Source: Vicugna vicugna (Eukaryota). From it: 64,000 nt of DNA. The notes beneath the pieces are model-generated. The model had not been told where the DNA came from, did no database searches, and worked only from the letters and a program-made list of their open reading frames with translations. This document shows, in pieces, positions 12,190 to 23,482 of this stretch (the first letter of the stretch is position 1; every line of letters starts with the position of its first letter). The stretch spans positions 11,513,009-11,577,008 of the forward strand of contig MU058781.1 of the NCBI GenBank assembly GCA_013265495.1, given 5' to 3'. The translations under genes and the position numbers were made by a program.

Positions 12190-12348
12190 CTTGCTTGGCT
12201 AGCTGGTTCAAGTAACTCTCGAGGTCACTCACACCATGGCTGGTGAAGTAACCATAATACTGGAAAACAGTGATGACTTCAGAGGAGAGGCTGGAGGTAA
12301 GCAGGGGCTCGGCCCGGTCCAGGATTTGAGACACCAGGGTTCGAAACA
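12190..12348 (-). CDS. RIPOR2: RIPOR2 coding exon 18
   Basis: FRTLVSQILDRAEPLLTSSLSSEVITVFQYYGYFTSHGVSDLESYLNQLAKQ(V); 159 nt; aaatag| and AAG|gtggga. Confidence 0.95.
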
Positions 12349-12469
12349 CTATTTAGAAGGGGAAGATATGAAGCAGCTTTTAAGAAACATGATCATTCAT
12401 TCATTCATTCACTCATTCATCTGTCTATCTGATGGAGAGAAGTCTATAACATGGGCCAATCTTCTGTGT

Positions 12470-13065
12470 ATGGCCAGGTGACTTTTGCATATTTATACAC
12501 CTGTGTCACTGTCATTTGGATCAAGATACAGAGCACTGCTGGGACCCCATAGGTTTTCTTGTGCCCTTTCCCAGTCTGTAGCCACTCACCTGCTCCCACC
12601 ACAGGTAACTAATAATCGAACTTCCATTGATAAATTAGCTTTGTCTGTTCTTTGTTCTTGAACTTGATATAAATGGAATTATATACTATGTGCTTTTTCT
12701 ATCTAGCTCCTCTTACTCACCAAAATATCTGTGAGACTCAACCAAATCATTGCTTGCAGCAGTAATTTATTCTCTTTAAAAACTGCCGTGTAAGACCCTA
12801 TTGTATGACTGTATTACAACTTATCCATTCTCTTGCTGGTGGGCGTTGGAGTTGTTTCCAATGTTTGGCTCCTGTGAATAAAGCTGCTGTGAACCTTCTC
12901 ATACATGTCCTTTTTTTTAAATGAGCCTAAGCACGCATGTCTCTTGGTATATTTAGGAGTGGAATTGCTGGATCAGAGGGGAGGAATCTACATATTTAGT
13001 TTTCACAGAAACTGCTAACCAGTTTTTTCAAAGTGGTTGTACCCTTTGACACTCCCGTATGGGTG
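12470..13065 (-). mobile_element. Old L1M-type 3' fragment
   Basis: aatggaattatata.tatg, gttgtttccaa.tttggct..tgtgaataaagctgctgtgaac, taggagtggaattgctggatca. Confidence 0.75.
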
Positions 13066-13321
13066 ACATTTGAATGAAAAAAGTATCCATCCTCAAACAG
13101 CAATACAGACACATAGTGCTTTTAAAGCCACTGCTGATGTTCTGGATAAAAACACGTGGAGTGTCTTTCTTTGCTTAGATTTTGCTGAGCAGATGATGTT
13201 GTCTCTGGAGGGCAAGCCTCTGGTTCAGGGCTGGCTCCGGAGCCAGGGCGGCGGGGACCCCACCCGTGCTCACCCGCAAACGCGACAACAGCAAGCTTTC
13301 CCCGCTGCTGCTGCCCTGTAC

Positions 13322-13483
13322 CTGGGTCGGCCAGTCCTGGATAGTCCCTGTTGACGGTTCTGGCAAAGTTGGCTTCAAGCTGCTTAATCACTCTGTCCGC
13401 TGAGCTGTGGTAGACCCCAATGGGGCTGCAGCACTTGGTCCAGAATGACAGCAGAGACAGCTTTTTGTGAAATTCTGGAATGG
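13322..13483 (-). CDS. RIPOR2: RIPOR2 coding exon 17
   Basis: IPEFHKKLSLLSFWTKCCSPIGVYHSSADRVIKQLEANFARTVNRDYPGLADP(V); 162 nt; ttccag| and CAG|gtacag. Confidence 0.95.
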
Positions 13484-14654
13484 CTGGAAAAGAACAGCAG
13501 GTGGGGGTGGGGCAGACATCGGCAGGGGCTTTTTTTTTTTTTTAAAGATTGTGGTTTTTAATCAGAACTACAGGACTCTGATCCTATAGCTGGCAGGTGG
13601 TGGTCCCAAGGGCAAAGAAGGTGAGATGAGGAACTCATCCAGCCTGAGCAGTAAAGAAAATGCAGCAACAGCTCAGCAGTTTGCTTTCAGTGATAGAAAC
13701 CTGCAGGTCTGCCCTGGGGAGAAGGTCTAATCATCTCATTTCCTAGAATCTAACAGCAAAAAAAAACCAGGATTGGAGACTCAAACCTCAGGAGATTTTT
13801 CTGAAGGGGACGGAGCAGAGCGGTGGGTGACGAGGGAGCTTTTCACCCCGCCTGGGTGGCTCTCAGACAGAAATGACAAGGTCAGCATCTCACTCTTGCG
13901 GTTGTGCGCATAGAGGGGCAGGGGTGCTGGGGACAAGCGCAGGAGCCGGAACGTCCTGCCCCTTTTCCTGCCTCTCAGACACCTGCCAAGGTCACCTGCT
14001 CCTGGGAGGACCAGAAGCAGGAGGCAGAAATGCTTACAAAGAACCTAATAGGAGCGTTAACCATAATGGGAGATAACCCAAGGGGTCCTAGTTTTCCACT
14101 ATTTCTACTGACTCTCTGATGTAAAAAGACAAAAATTCTTGTCTTTAGGAAAGAGCCCTGTAGCCAGACCACACAAATTCAAAAGCATCTTTCCTGTGTC
14201 AAGTTCTCCACCTAAAACTGATCCAGAGACTCTTGGGGCCTTTGACTCCTTGCATTTCTACCTTTTCCCAGGAGGGTTTGGGAGCATTTGACATCGCTAT
14301 GGGAGTTGTCTCAGCCAGCAACATGGGGCAAGGACAATTCTGCTCACCTGTCCCCTAAATGGAACCAAACCAGCACAAAAAAATCTGTGTAACTCTGCCT
14401 GGGAGGTGGATGCTGGTTCTGTGCATACACTGGAGGTGGAGGCCCCTCTAGGAAATAAGTTGGTGTCTGCAGGTTTGACTCCAAAGGCTGGAGTGGGGCG
14501 TTAAGGAGACCACGCTAGCGTGGAGACACTCCTCTAGCTACAGCCGAAGAACGCGTTTCTGCTCTCCCGACAAAGCAATGAGGAAATGCAGGCCGAGGAG
14601 TGAGTTGGTGATGTCGCCGTCCACAAGAACGGCTGTGAACCTGCAGGTGCTCAC

Positions 14655-14790
14655 CTTCAATGACAGAACTGATGTTTCCTATGTTCTCATCACTGACAGC
14701 AGACAGTTTCTCCATCACTTGGATTTGCCTCGAAAGCTTCTCTAAGAGGTTTCTTGCCACAAATGGGGTTTTGCTTGAGAGAACAATTTG
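14655..14790 (-). CDS. RIPOR2: RIPOR2 coding exon 16
   Basis: QIVLSSKTPFVARNLLEKLSRQIQVMEKLSAVSDENIGNISSVIE(A); 136 nt; tgtcag| and AAG|gtgagc. Confidence 0.95.
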
Positions 14791-15229
14791 CTGACAAAAC
14801 AAACAAAACCACGGTGTCAATGATCTTGTTGTCAACAGAGCCTTTCCGACCCAACCTCATCCTTCTGAATGAAAGCGGGGATGTTAAATAAACTCAGACA
14901 GGGTTTTTCTGTTCCAGTTTGTTAATGTTCCTCATTCCAGGCCGCTTTCAACATTGGATGCGATCAGACACGTTTTTGTTGCTCTAAACTTTTCATGCTC
15001 GTGTAAATTCTGGAATTTTCCCAGTAGAAGAGCTGTAAGGGTATTATAAAGTTGCTTTTCTTGTATGTACTGTAAATCTATAAATCCTCCTTGAAACTTA
15101 ACCACGGCATACTTAGGCTGCCCATTGGTGTGTAAGCAGAAAAAAAGATTTATAAGTGTAGCAATTTTTCATAGCATGGATTTATTTCCTTCTTTTCAAG
15201 CTGACAATTAAAAGCATGTTGTAGAACAA

Positions 15230-15440
15230 TCATAGTTATAATCCAAGCCATCTCATTATAGTTAAGCAGTGCTTGTTACGTACCAGGCCCTGGTCTGAGC
15301 CACAAACATGTATTAGCTCATGTTATTTTGTACAACAACCCAGTGAGGTGGGTACTTTTGATTTTTCCATTTTACCAATAAAGAAACTAAGGCACAGTGA
15401 GGTTAAGCAACCTGCCCAAGGGCACATAAATAGCAAATGA
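15230..15440. mobile_element. MIR fragment
   Basis: acaacaaccc.gtgaggtgggtac...ccattttac.aataaagaaactaaggcacag.gaggttaagcaacctgcccaagg. Confidence 0.7.
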
Positions 15441-15602
15441 TTTCACTTGTGTGCAAGGCACAGAAATGAGGGAGGGCCTGAGAGAGGAAAGAATAGAAGT
15501 CAGTTGCTGCCTGAAAATTCTAGTCTTTTCTAAGTCTCTCAGAGATCTGTCTCAGTTACTTGGTAGGCATGGCTGCAGGACACAGACCTGTACTACCTTC
15601 CT

Positions 15603-15697
15603 GGGTGGGCAAGGAGTGTAGCTCAGTGGTAGAGTATGTGCTTAGCATGCACAAGGTCCTGGGTTCAATCCCCAGTACCTACACAGGGAAAAAAAAA
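15603..15697 (+). mobile_element. tRNA-derived camelid-type SINE
   Basis: gtgtagctcagtggtagagtatgtgcttagcatgcacaaggtcctgggttcaatccccagtacc plus A tail. Confidence 0.9.
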
Positions 15698-16021
15698 TTC
15701 ACTAAGCTGGTCATGTATGTAGTCTAAAGCCTTTGGACTCTAAAAAGCAAATAGAATTTTTCAGATTCAAAAGTCTAGTGCAGCAATTATGTGCTTTTAC
15801 TCACACGCCTTTCATGTAAGTAAATACAGAAGAAAAGATCTGCTTTATTTTAAATGTAATTAAATTATAGCTGTTATGATTCTTATGGAATGTCCATTTT
15901 TATCTCTTTGCAGCCATACACCAAATGAAAAAATAAACTCACTGACTGCGGAGTGGGTGTGAGAGGACTTAGAAATCAAGTTCCTAGCCCTTACTCCTTT
16001 ATTCTACATCTTTATATCCAC

Positions 16022-16128
16022 TTCTTTTCTTTTTTTAAAATCAATTATTTAATGGAGGTACTAGGGCTTGAACCCAGAACCTTGTGCATGCTAAGCACAT
16101 GTTCTACCACTGAGCTATGCCCACCCCA
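16022..16128 (-). mobile_element. tRNA-derived camelid-type SINE
   Basis: Reverse complement ggggtgggcatagctcagtggtagaacatgtgcttagcatgcacaaggttctgggttcaagccctagtacctcc. Confidence 0.9.
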
Positions 16129-16129
16129 A

Positions 16130-16769
16130 GGTTAGAGGAGGCAGGTAGCCAGATATGAGCAGAGAAAAGGGGACACAGGCCAAACGGTGAAAATTGGGCA
16201 AAAGAAGGAGGGACACGGGCCAAATGCAGGAAACCATACACCAAGTGAACAACAGGGGTCCTTGGGTAGACAGAGAAAAGCAGAAACCTCTGGACTGATA
16301 AGAAATCACACATTTTGGGGTGTCAAAGGTCCCGGAGGCCCACAAAGAAAAGTGGGAAAGTGCAGGAATCTCCAGTGTCCAAATGTAACCTTTTGCGCAC
16401 TATGCTTTCATTATAATAATACTAGCCTTGCAGATTAGAAATATCCATCGTACACAGTCGCATGACACTTCCGATCCAGGCTAAATAAGGACAAAAATCC
16501 CTCCTCCCTTCGGGAGGGTGGAGCTGGGGTGAAAATCAGGGAATATGACCCCCAAGCCCTTCCCTCCCCAATGAATATTCCATCATTCATTTCTGCACCC
16601 TATGTAACGAACTTGTCAAAGAAACTCAGCACAGCTGCTCACCTGAGCCTGCCCGCTCTCCACTTGAGAGTGTACTATCTATTCCTTAATAAATTCTCAC
16701 TTTTTTAATCCCTGCGTCTTGTCTCTGAATTCCTTCTTCGATGAGACAAGAACCTAATCGCTGGCAACA
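16130..16769 (+). mobile_element. Solo ERV LTR (ERV1-like)
   Basis: ~640 bp; GTT...AACA termini; TATA-like tatgtaa at 16601; AATAAA at 16688-16693; U5-like gtctctgaattccttcttcgatgagacaagaacc. Confidence 0.7.
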
Positions 16770-16997
16770 CCACCCACTACCTTTTAAGGTCTAGAGATCT
16801 AAGTTTTAAGACAGAAAATCCAGCCTTGAGGGAGGAGGACCATGCCTTGCAGAATTTTTGAGTTGAGTCAAATCAAAGCTGGATGGTTTTCTTAGTCCTG
16901 AGTTCTATTTTCCTGGGAAAACTCAAAAAAGGAAGCACACATTCTTGATGCATCGACAACTCGAGCTCTAAAAACCAAATGCAGCCCCCAGCCCTAC

Positions 16998-17166
16998 CTG
17001 GACGAGTTGGGTGCAGTACTGGAGGTGCCTGACGATGGTGAGGTCCAGGCTCTCGTTCCCTGAGGTCAGCGGGAGAGGGCTTCCTGCCACGCTGGTCCCC
17101 ACTCCCGTGTCCTCAGTCAGCGCCTCACTGAGATGCCCGCGGGCTTCCGGGTGTACTGATCTGTAA
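16998..17166 (-). CDS. RIPOR2: RIPOR2 coding exon 15
   Basis: [56 protein letters not shown]; 169 nt; gacag| and CAG|gtaggg. Confidence 0.95.
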
Positions 17167-17775
17167 CTGTCGAAGCAGGAAGGCGAGCGGAACGTTAGCT
17201 GTTTCTTTCTGCGTGGAAACCACAGGTCAGCTCAACATGGCTCACATAAGGCCCCCAACAGCATCCACTAAAAAGTCTTGTGCTTGCCTGCCTTGAAAAA
17301 TTGAGATCCCTTTAAAAAACTACTTCCTAATATCGCCCCGTCACCAATTTGCCTAATATTAATACGACCCTGCAGACAGATTGCTTCCAGAGTTCTCTGC
17401 TTCTCTAGCACACAATGAACCATCTGCAAAGTCAGTCGTCTCACCAAGAAGTCTTTTGAAATGTGCCCTCATTTTGTTGCCCTTTCCTGCTCTGTTGACG
17501 GGGTGATTTGCCAAATTTTCCGGGATTAAACTGTCCTCTGTATTTGTGGTTTCCCAAGAGTAATACCATTAAGAAATGATCAGTCAAGGCTTTTTCCTGG
17601 CCTTGGATCAATGACTTCTTGAAGAAAAGGAGAAAGGAAAGCTGCGAGGAAGAGACAGAATGTCCTACTTGCCACAAAAGCTAAAAGGGGCTTTTGAATC
17701 TTTAGTGGGGTTGCTTAGTTCTGCCTCACGTGCTTTGTTTAAACCCCACTGTTGAACTATCTAAAGCTGTATCTT

Positions 17776-17939
17776 TTTCTTTTTTTGAGAAATCGATTTT
17801 ATTATTTTTTCCATTTTAAATTATTTGTAGGGGAGGAATAATTAGGTTTATTTATTTATTTTAATGGAGGTACTGGGGATTGAACCCAGGACCTCATGCA
17901 TGCTAAGCACTCACTCTATCACTGAGCTGTGCCCACCGC
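17776..17939 (-). mobile_element. tRNA-derived camelid-type SINE
   Basis: Full length; TSD ctaaagctgtatctt / ctaaagttgtacctt. Confidence 0.9.
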
Positions 17940-19639
17940 CTAAAGTTGTACCTTGACAGGCACGTACATTTAAAAATAAATCGGTTGCATTTATCGTCTA
18001 ATTTTATTCTTAAAATCAATCTGTGCAGGAGGGAGATGGGGAGGGAATGGTCTTATTTCAGACACGAAAGAAACAACCAGCAGAGATGTTAACCAGAGCC
18101 CTAGTTCACACAGCTAGGTCGCGACAGGGCTATTTGGCTTCTAGTTTTACGTTCCCTGGTCTCCATAATTTAAAAAGATCACGCATCCGAGTTCAGAGGC
18201 ATTGAATGCTCTACTCTGATTCACATTTGCCTCCCAGGGGAAAACATTCAGCTTGCATCTTGGTAGTCAACACATACGTAAAACACACACACACACAATT
18301 TCCACAATTTTCCCTAATACCTCTGATGACATAAAGTAACATTAGATCAAATGTTCTGTAAAATATACAAAGTCTATGGTGTTTTCATTCTTAGAATGCT
18401 TCTTGTAGCAAGAAGAAAGAAAGTTTAGCCTGACTTTGACATATCATGTCATAGCTTAAGCTAACAAATATACAGTAAGCTGTTCGGTTTAAGAAGCATT
18501 TCACAAATTCAGTCAAGTTAGAAAAACCTCAGTGTAGAATGTAGAAGGATAAGTTAAACATTACACTCGTTCAATCAATTTCCTTTGCTACGCGCCCAGT
18601 TTGCTTGAAGGCTAAATTCTACTTCTCACGTTTTTTTTTTCCTGGTTTCATCTTGGCAGAAGAAACCCTCCAGGAACAACAAAACTCCAAAATGTTACCA
18701 CCACCCACAGAGAGGTTTGGGAAGGTTGAACTGCCATAGCTTGTTGTCGCTCGAAAATCTGTGTATATGTTAAAATAAAGATGGGTGGAAATCTACCCTT
18801 TCCTTTGGGAAAGTGTGTATTTTTTTTTTTTTTTTGCAGCAATTGATGGAGCTGAGTATTGTCCCACGGTGTTTACAGAATGGACCCGAGGCTCTAGCTC
18901 TAAACATGTGATTTGTTACAAGAAAGCCCAACGGAGAAGAGGACAGTATTTCACCTTTCTCCTCCTCTCCCACTGCCCTGCTCCATCCCACCCTAGAGAA
19001 GGCCACACCTCCACCTGGTGGCCTGCAGATCCTGTGGCACTTACAACCATTAATCATCCTTTCCTACATTCTAAGGGAAACGTGTGCCTGGGGGCTTAAA
19101 ATTGGCTTCCATATAGGCGCTGCTGAACTTAAGCTACTACAAAGACCCAATGGCTAAAGGGAACGGAGAGATAAGGGGTGGGAAAAGCAAAGCATGACAA
19201 AATGAAATTAGAAATAAGATTTGAATCAAGGAGATCCAGGTCCAAACTTATCACTCAGTAAGAGTTCCCCAGAAACACAGTATGCCGAGCTAATCTGGAA
19301 TGAATTATCTTGGGGACAAGTTGGAGACACTGAACTCTACAAGGTGTATGTATACACACATGTACAAATGTACACACACACACACATACACACTCAAAAA
19401 AAAATCTCCCCTTCATTTACAAGGAAGGAAGGCAGGCAATTTATTTTCCCTTAAACACCACAAAAGGGAGGAACAATATTTCAAAGTTGTACTCGACAAC
19501 AGAAAGGAACTGGAAGCCAGCTCAGGTCGGGGGTTTTGTCTTCCTGGAGATGTGTATCAGGTCCTGTCTGGCAGCAGCAGAGAACTGTTGTACCAGCTAT
19601 GAGAGCAGAAATAGAGACGGACGCTCACTTCAGACTTAC

Positions 19640-19827
19640 CTATTTTTCTCAGTCTCAGTGTCTGAAAATACTGAGTCAGGACCTCCTCCAACATTACAAA
19701 CCTCATCACAATCCTCCTCCTCCTCCTCGTCAAAATCAGAGGTGTTCAGGAAATCAAAGCTTTCTAAAGCACTTTCAACTGTAAGACTTAAACTGGAAGA
19801 CCTGCTTCGGCTGACTGCTGGCTTGCA
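19640..19827 (-). CDS. RIPOR2: RIPOR2 coding exon 14
   Basis: [62 protein letters not shown](S); 188 nt; ttgcag| and AG|gtaagt. Confidence 0.95.
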
Positions 19828-20938
19828 CTGCAAAGGTAGAAGGGACCAAGGAGAGTATCAACATATTCGGAAGGAGAAACCCAACACAAGACACCCAACG
19901 GCAGATGCGACACTTTCTTTTTGTTCAAGCTTTTATTTTTTGTTGTTGTTGGCATTAAAAAAATTCACTGAAAATCTTCATAATAAAAAGAAGTACAACC
20001 ATGGATAAAATGACACAATATCTAAGATTTGTTCCAAAATAATCTAGAGGGAAGTAAGCAGGTAGAAGGTTAGACAAAACAAGGTTGGCCTTGGGTTGAG
20101 CATCGTGGAAGCTGGGCACATTGGGATCCATTATCTGATTCTTTCGACTTCTGTTGGCAATTTTTATAATAAAAAAGGTAAAAAAAAATTACAATCAGAA
20201 AGCCCTGGGAAACAGAATGGCTATTCTCTCCGCCTAGTGCTCAACCCTAAATAAAATTCACCTGGCAGACAAACCTTAACAGTCACTGAGTCAATGCCAA
20301 ATACAGACCAATTTCTAATTCCACGTGGCAGCGTCTTCAGTGTCCTGAGACAGAGGTGAGCTATCTAAGGCACCTGTTCTAAAGGACTGACGAGACAAAT
20401 CCCAGAAACAGAAACTTCTTGAATCTACCTAATCCACCCTCCCTAGGTAAGTAGACCTAAATATTAACTTCACGATCACAGCACAGAATTCTTCTTTGAG
20501 CACTGAGAGAAAGTAAATGGCATGCTCAGGACACAAAGCGGTCATGCTCCCTCTATAGCTCTGTCTTTGAAGGAACAAGTTCCATCACTTCCCTGATCAG
20601 GCCCTGTAATTATGGGACCAAACTCACTCTGTGGTCTGGAGAATTCTATATTGCTGGACATTAAACAGAAATATTACAAACAGAATAATGCCAGTTGCTA
20701 GGGACACAGAGACGGAGAGATGTACTTCCAAATAGTCAAGAGGATGCTGCGGGGGGTTGAATGGGACAAATTCTGCAGGTAAGAAGAACTAAATGTCCTC
20801 CATCCAGTTGGATGGCACTCCCTGCTGACTTCTTAACATAAGGTCGGACAGGCCTTGCGGGGATCTGAGTCTCTGACACTTAAGATGGCACAAAAGCACA
20901 CGGGCAACCGTCTTTCAGTCTTTTAAACCAGAGTTGTT

Positions 20939-21010
20939 TCATTCACCCTCAGTGATCTCCGTCCAGGAGGCAGCATCATTTAGTTTCTGATCCTCAAGAT
21001 GTTTAGCATC
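20939..21010 (-). CDS. RIPOR2: RIPOR2 alternative terminal coding exon (short isoform C-terminus DAKHLEDQKLNDAASWTEITEGE*)
   Basis: Strong polypyrimidine tract plus cctag| acceptor at 21010; phase 0 matches the exon 13 donor; 23 codons then TGA. Confidence 0.7.
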   Translation of the reverse strand, partial: DAKHLEDQKLNDAASWTEITEGE

Positions 21011-22804
21011 CTAGGAATGTGAAGGAGGAAAAAAAGAGAAAGCTTTGTCCAGCTGATGCTTTAATTCTGGCTGGATACAAAGCCACTTGCCCCAGACCTA
21101 AACTCTAATACCCTTTTCAATCTCAGACAGAGAGGAGGAGCTGGTCCTGACTCAACCCACTTCTAGAGTCCTTGAGTCTTCTTTCCTAAGCTAATTAGCT
21201 GCAGAACCTGATCTTGCACAGTATGGATGTGTTTAGATACTGATCATAACAAAGAAAGGGGCAGCTAAGGATTTCAGTAGCGGAATAGTTTTGGAACAAG
21301 AGCAGATTGAAATAATACTCCGGAAAGCAATCTGTAACCGCCAGGTTTTTATAAGACTGAGAGATGACTTGCTTAGTGCTTCTCGGTGGACCAAGCTACT
21401 GATCAGCACCCTATCCGTCTGGAAATGGGGGCTGCTGTCAGCACTGGCTTTCTTTGAGGCATGTGCTTTAGGGGGATCAATTGTGTCTTCGCCCTTTACA
21501 TTCAACACCTTTCTGCCCACTAAGCAAAGCTGATCAACTGTGCAGACAAGAGCTTGTAGAAGGGATAAAAGATGTTTTCGCTGCAGTACTAGACTAGCAG
21601 CCTCTATGCATGAGCCCTGAGCTGACGCTTTTGAATTATGTGTTACAGGAAGCAGAGTCAGCGTGCCCTTCCCTGCTGCTCAGAGGCTGTGGCTACAGCT
21701 GACTCAACCTGTCATGGGCCTCAGAGGATGGGGAGAGCCAGAGCATGAACTATCATCCGCCCTGGGCGTCTGTCCCTTCCCAAGCTAGGTCAGCGTGCCC
21801 GAGACCGTCAGAAAAGCCTTGGGAGTGTAGTTCCAGAGGCCGCAGGGAAGGTCACGTTTTAAAACAGTCACACCAAGGGGTGCAACAGCCTTCTGCGGGT
21901 TGACTGTCAGCTGGCCTCTGGCACCACATTTTCAAGCCTATATTACAGAACAGGTCCCCAAAGAATTGCTCTTTCAAGAGAAAGGATCCAAGTCCTCTTC
22001 TCCTTGGCACGATAAATCAGATTCCTTGGCAAAGCAAGGAATACGAGAAGTGGCTGTGGGAATCGGGACAAAAATTCCAGTTCTGTCTTCTTGTGTGGTG
22101 TTTTTAAAAATTTAATCTGTATGCCAAGTGGAGACACATACATTCTGGGGCAGTGATAATGATCTCATATCAAGACCTCCCACCTGAGAGGAATCACCCC
22201 TCTCACTCTCATCTTCCCATGTCTGTCCTGAGCTGTCTGATCAGGAACAGGACAGAGGGAGATATCTCTGGCAGTCGGGGATCTCTGACTTCTAGATGAT
22301 TCACGGGTGATTAATCCGGGGTTCCGACTCACTGATTTGGGCCAATTGCAGAGAAGGGAATCTCCCAGGAGCCGGTGCCCTGCGGTAGGGGAGAGACACC
22401 CCTGGCTCTCACATCCCGGCTGCCAAACTCTGACTTCAACCAGGGCAGGGCTTTCCTGCTTCCTTGCTACTCTCCAGTCTCCACTCAATGAGATTATGAT
22501 GATCAAAATGCCACCATTTCACATTTAGGATCTGAATGATTAATTGGGACTGAGGGAGTTTAGGCATTCTTTAGAGCAATTTAACATCTAATCATTTTAG
22601 TTAAGTGGATCAGTGGTCAGGAAAGTAAAAATTAATATGCGCTATTGTTAAAAATTAATGCCATTTACACAATGATTATCTATTGATCCTGGGATAGGAC
22701 AGGGTTTTAAAAAGAAAGAAAGAGAGATAGGCTCTTTTAAATAGAATGATGGCTTCAGCCCCCTGCCTCGAAACCTAATCCAATGTCCCTGAAAAGGTAC
22801 TTAC

Positions 22805-23482
22805 TTTTAGAATATCATCCAAGTGCATGACTTCTTGGTTCAGATCCTGAAACTCTTTATACTGCTCTTTATGTGGTTCTAATGCAAGGAAAAGCCCATT
22901 GAAGGCATCCTCTAAGCTTCCATCTAGGAAGGATCTACAGCCTTCGGACTCGCCACTGACAGAGCCCTCAGACAGCAGCCTCTCTGCAGCTACTGGCACC
23001 TCTGCCGAGGTGAGCCTCTTAACCAGCTGTTTCGTGATGTTTCCTTCAAAAGTGTCCAATTCCACGGGCTTGAGCTCAGAGGCCTCATCGGACTCTTGCA
23101 GAAGGGCCTCCGCGACGTCCTTCTCTAGAAACAGGCGCTCAGCCCTGGGGCCCGTGGATGCTCGGCAGGCCTGCGGTTGTCCTGGTCCCTCTGTGTCTTC
23201 CTCCACCTGTGGCTTGGGCTCTGGACCATCTCCTGAGGAGTTTCTGGAAGAGGCTGAGCTGGAGTCATCCATGCCCCCGTTCTGGGAGGAAAGGCTGCTA
23301 CAGTTCAGCTCAGCAGGGGTGATGGTAATTTCTGGATTTGCTGAGCCAACGGTGGGGACAGAGCCGGCGGGGTTGGGGGTCAGGGTGCAGTCCCCGTTGG
23401 GCAGGTCGCTGAAGCTGAGGGACAGTGGCATCTTCTCCTCAGTGGCCTTCCCGTTTTCAAAGATGTCATCAGGTAGATTCGA
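22805..23482 (-). CDS. RIPOR2: RIPOR2 coding exon 13 (large exon, low-complexity/disordered linker)
   Basis: SNLPDDIFENGKATEEKMPLSLSFSDLPNG...QDLNQEVMHLDDILK; 678 nt; ctgcag| and AAA|gtaagt; overlaps ORF 22775..23431. Confidence 0.96.

Noticed and set aside
15606..15680. tRNA-Ala-like sequences (14 copies across the window) as real tRNA genes
   Set aside because: They are diverged from each other and carry A-rich tails, a shared non-tRNA tail motif and TSDs, so they are SINEs.
19487..20008. 173-aa plus-strand ORF
   Set aside because: Antisense shadow of exon 14 plus flanking intron; non-ATG start and no homology recognised.
21233..21533. Overlapping 95-aa and 80-aa ORFs in the exon 13-14 intron
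   Set aside because: Non-ATG starts and no recognisable protein. The nearby acceptor at ~21537 would give a stop after 5 codons in the RIPOR2 frame.
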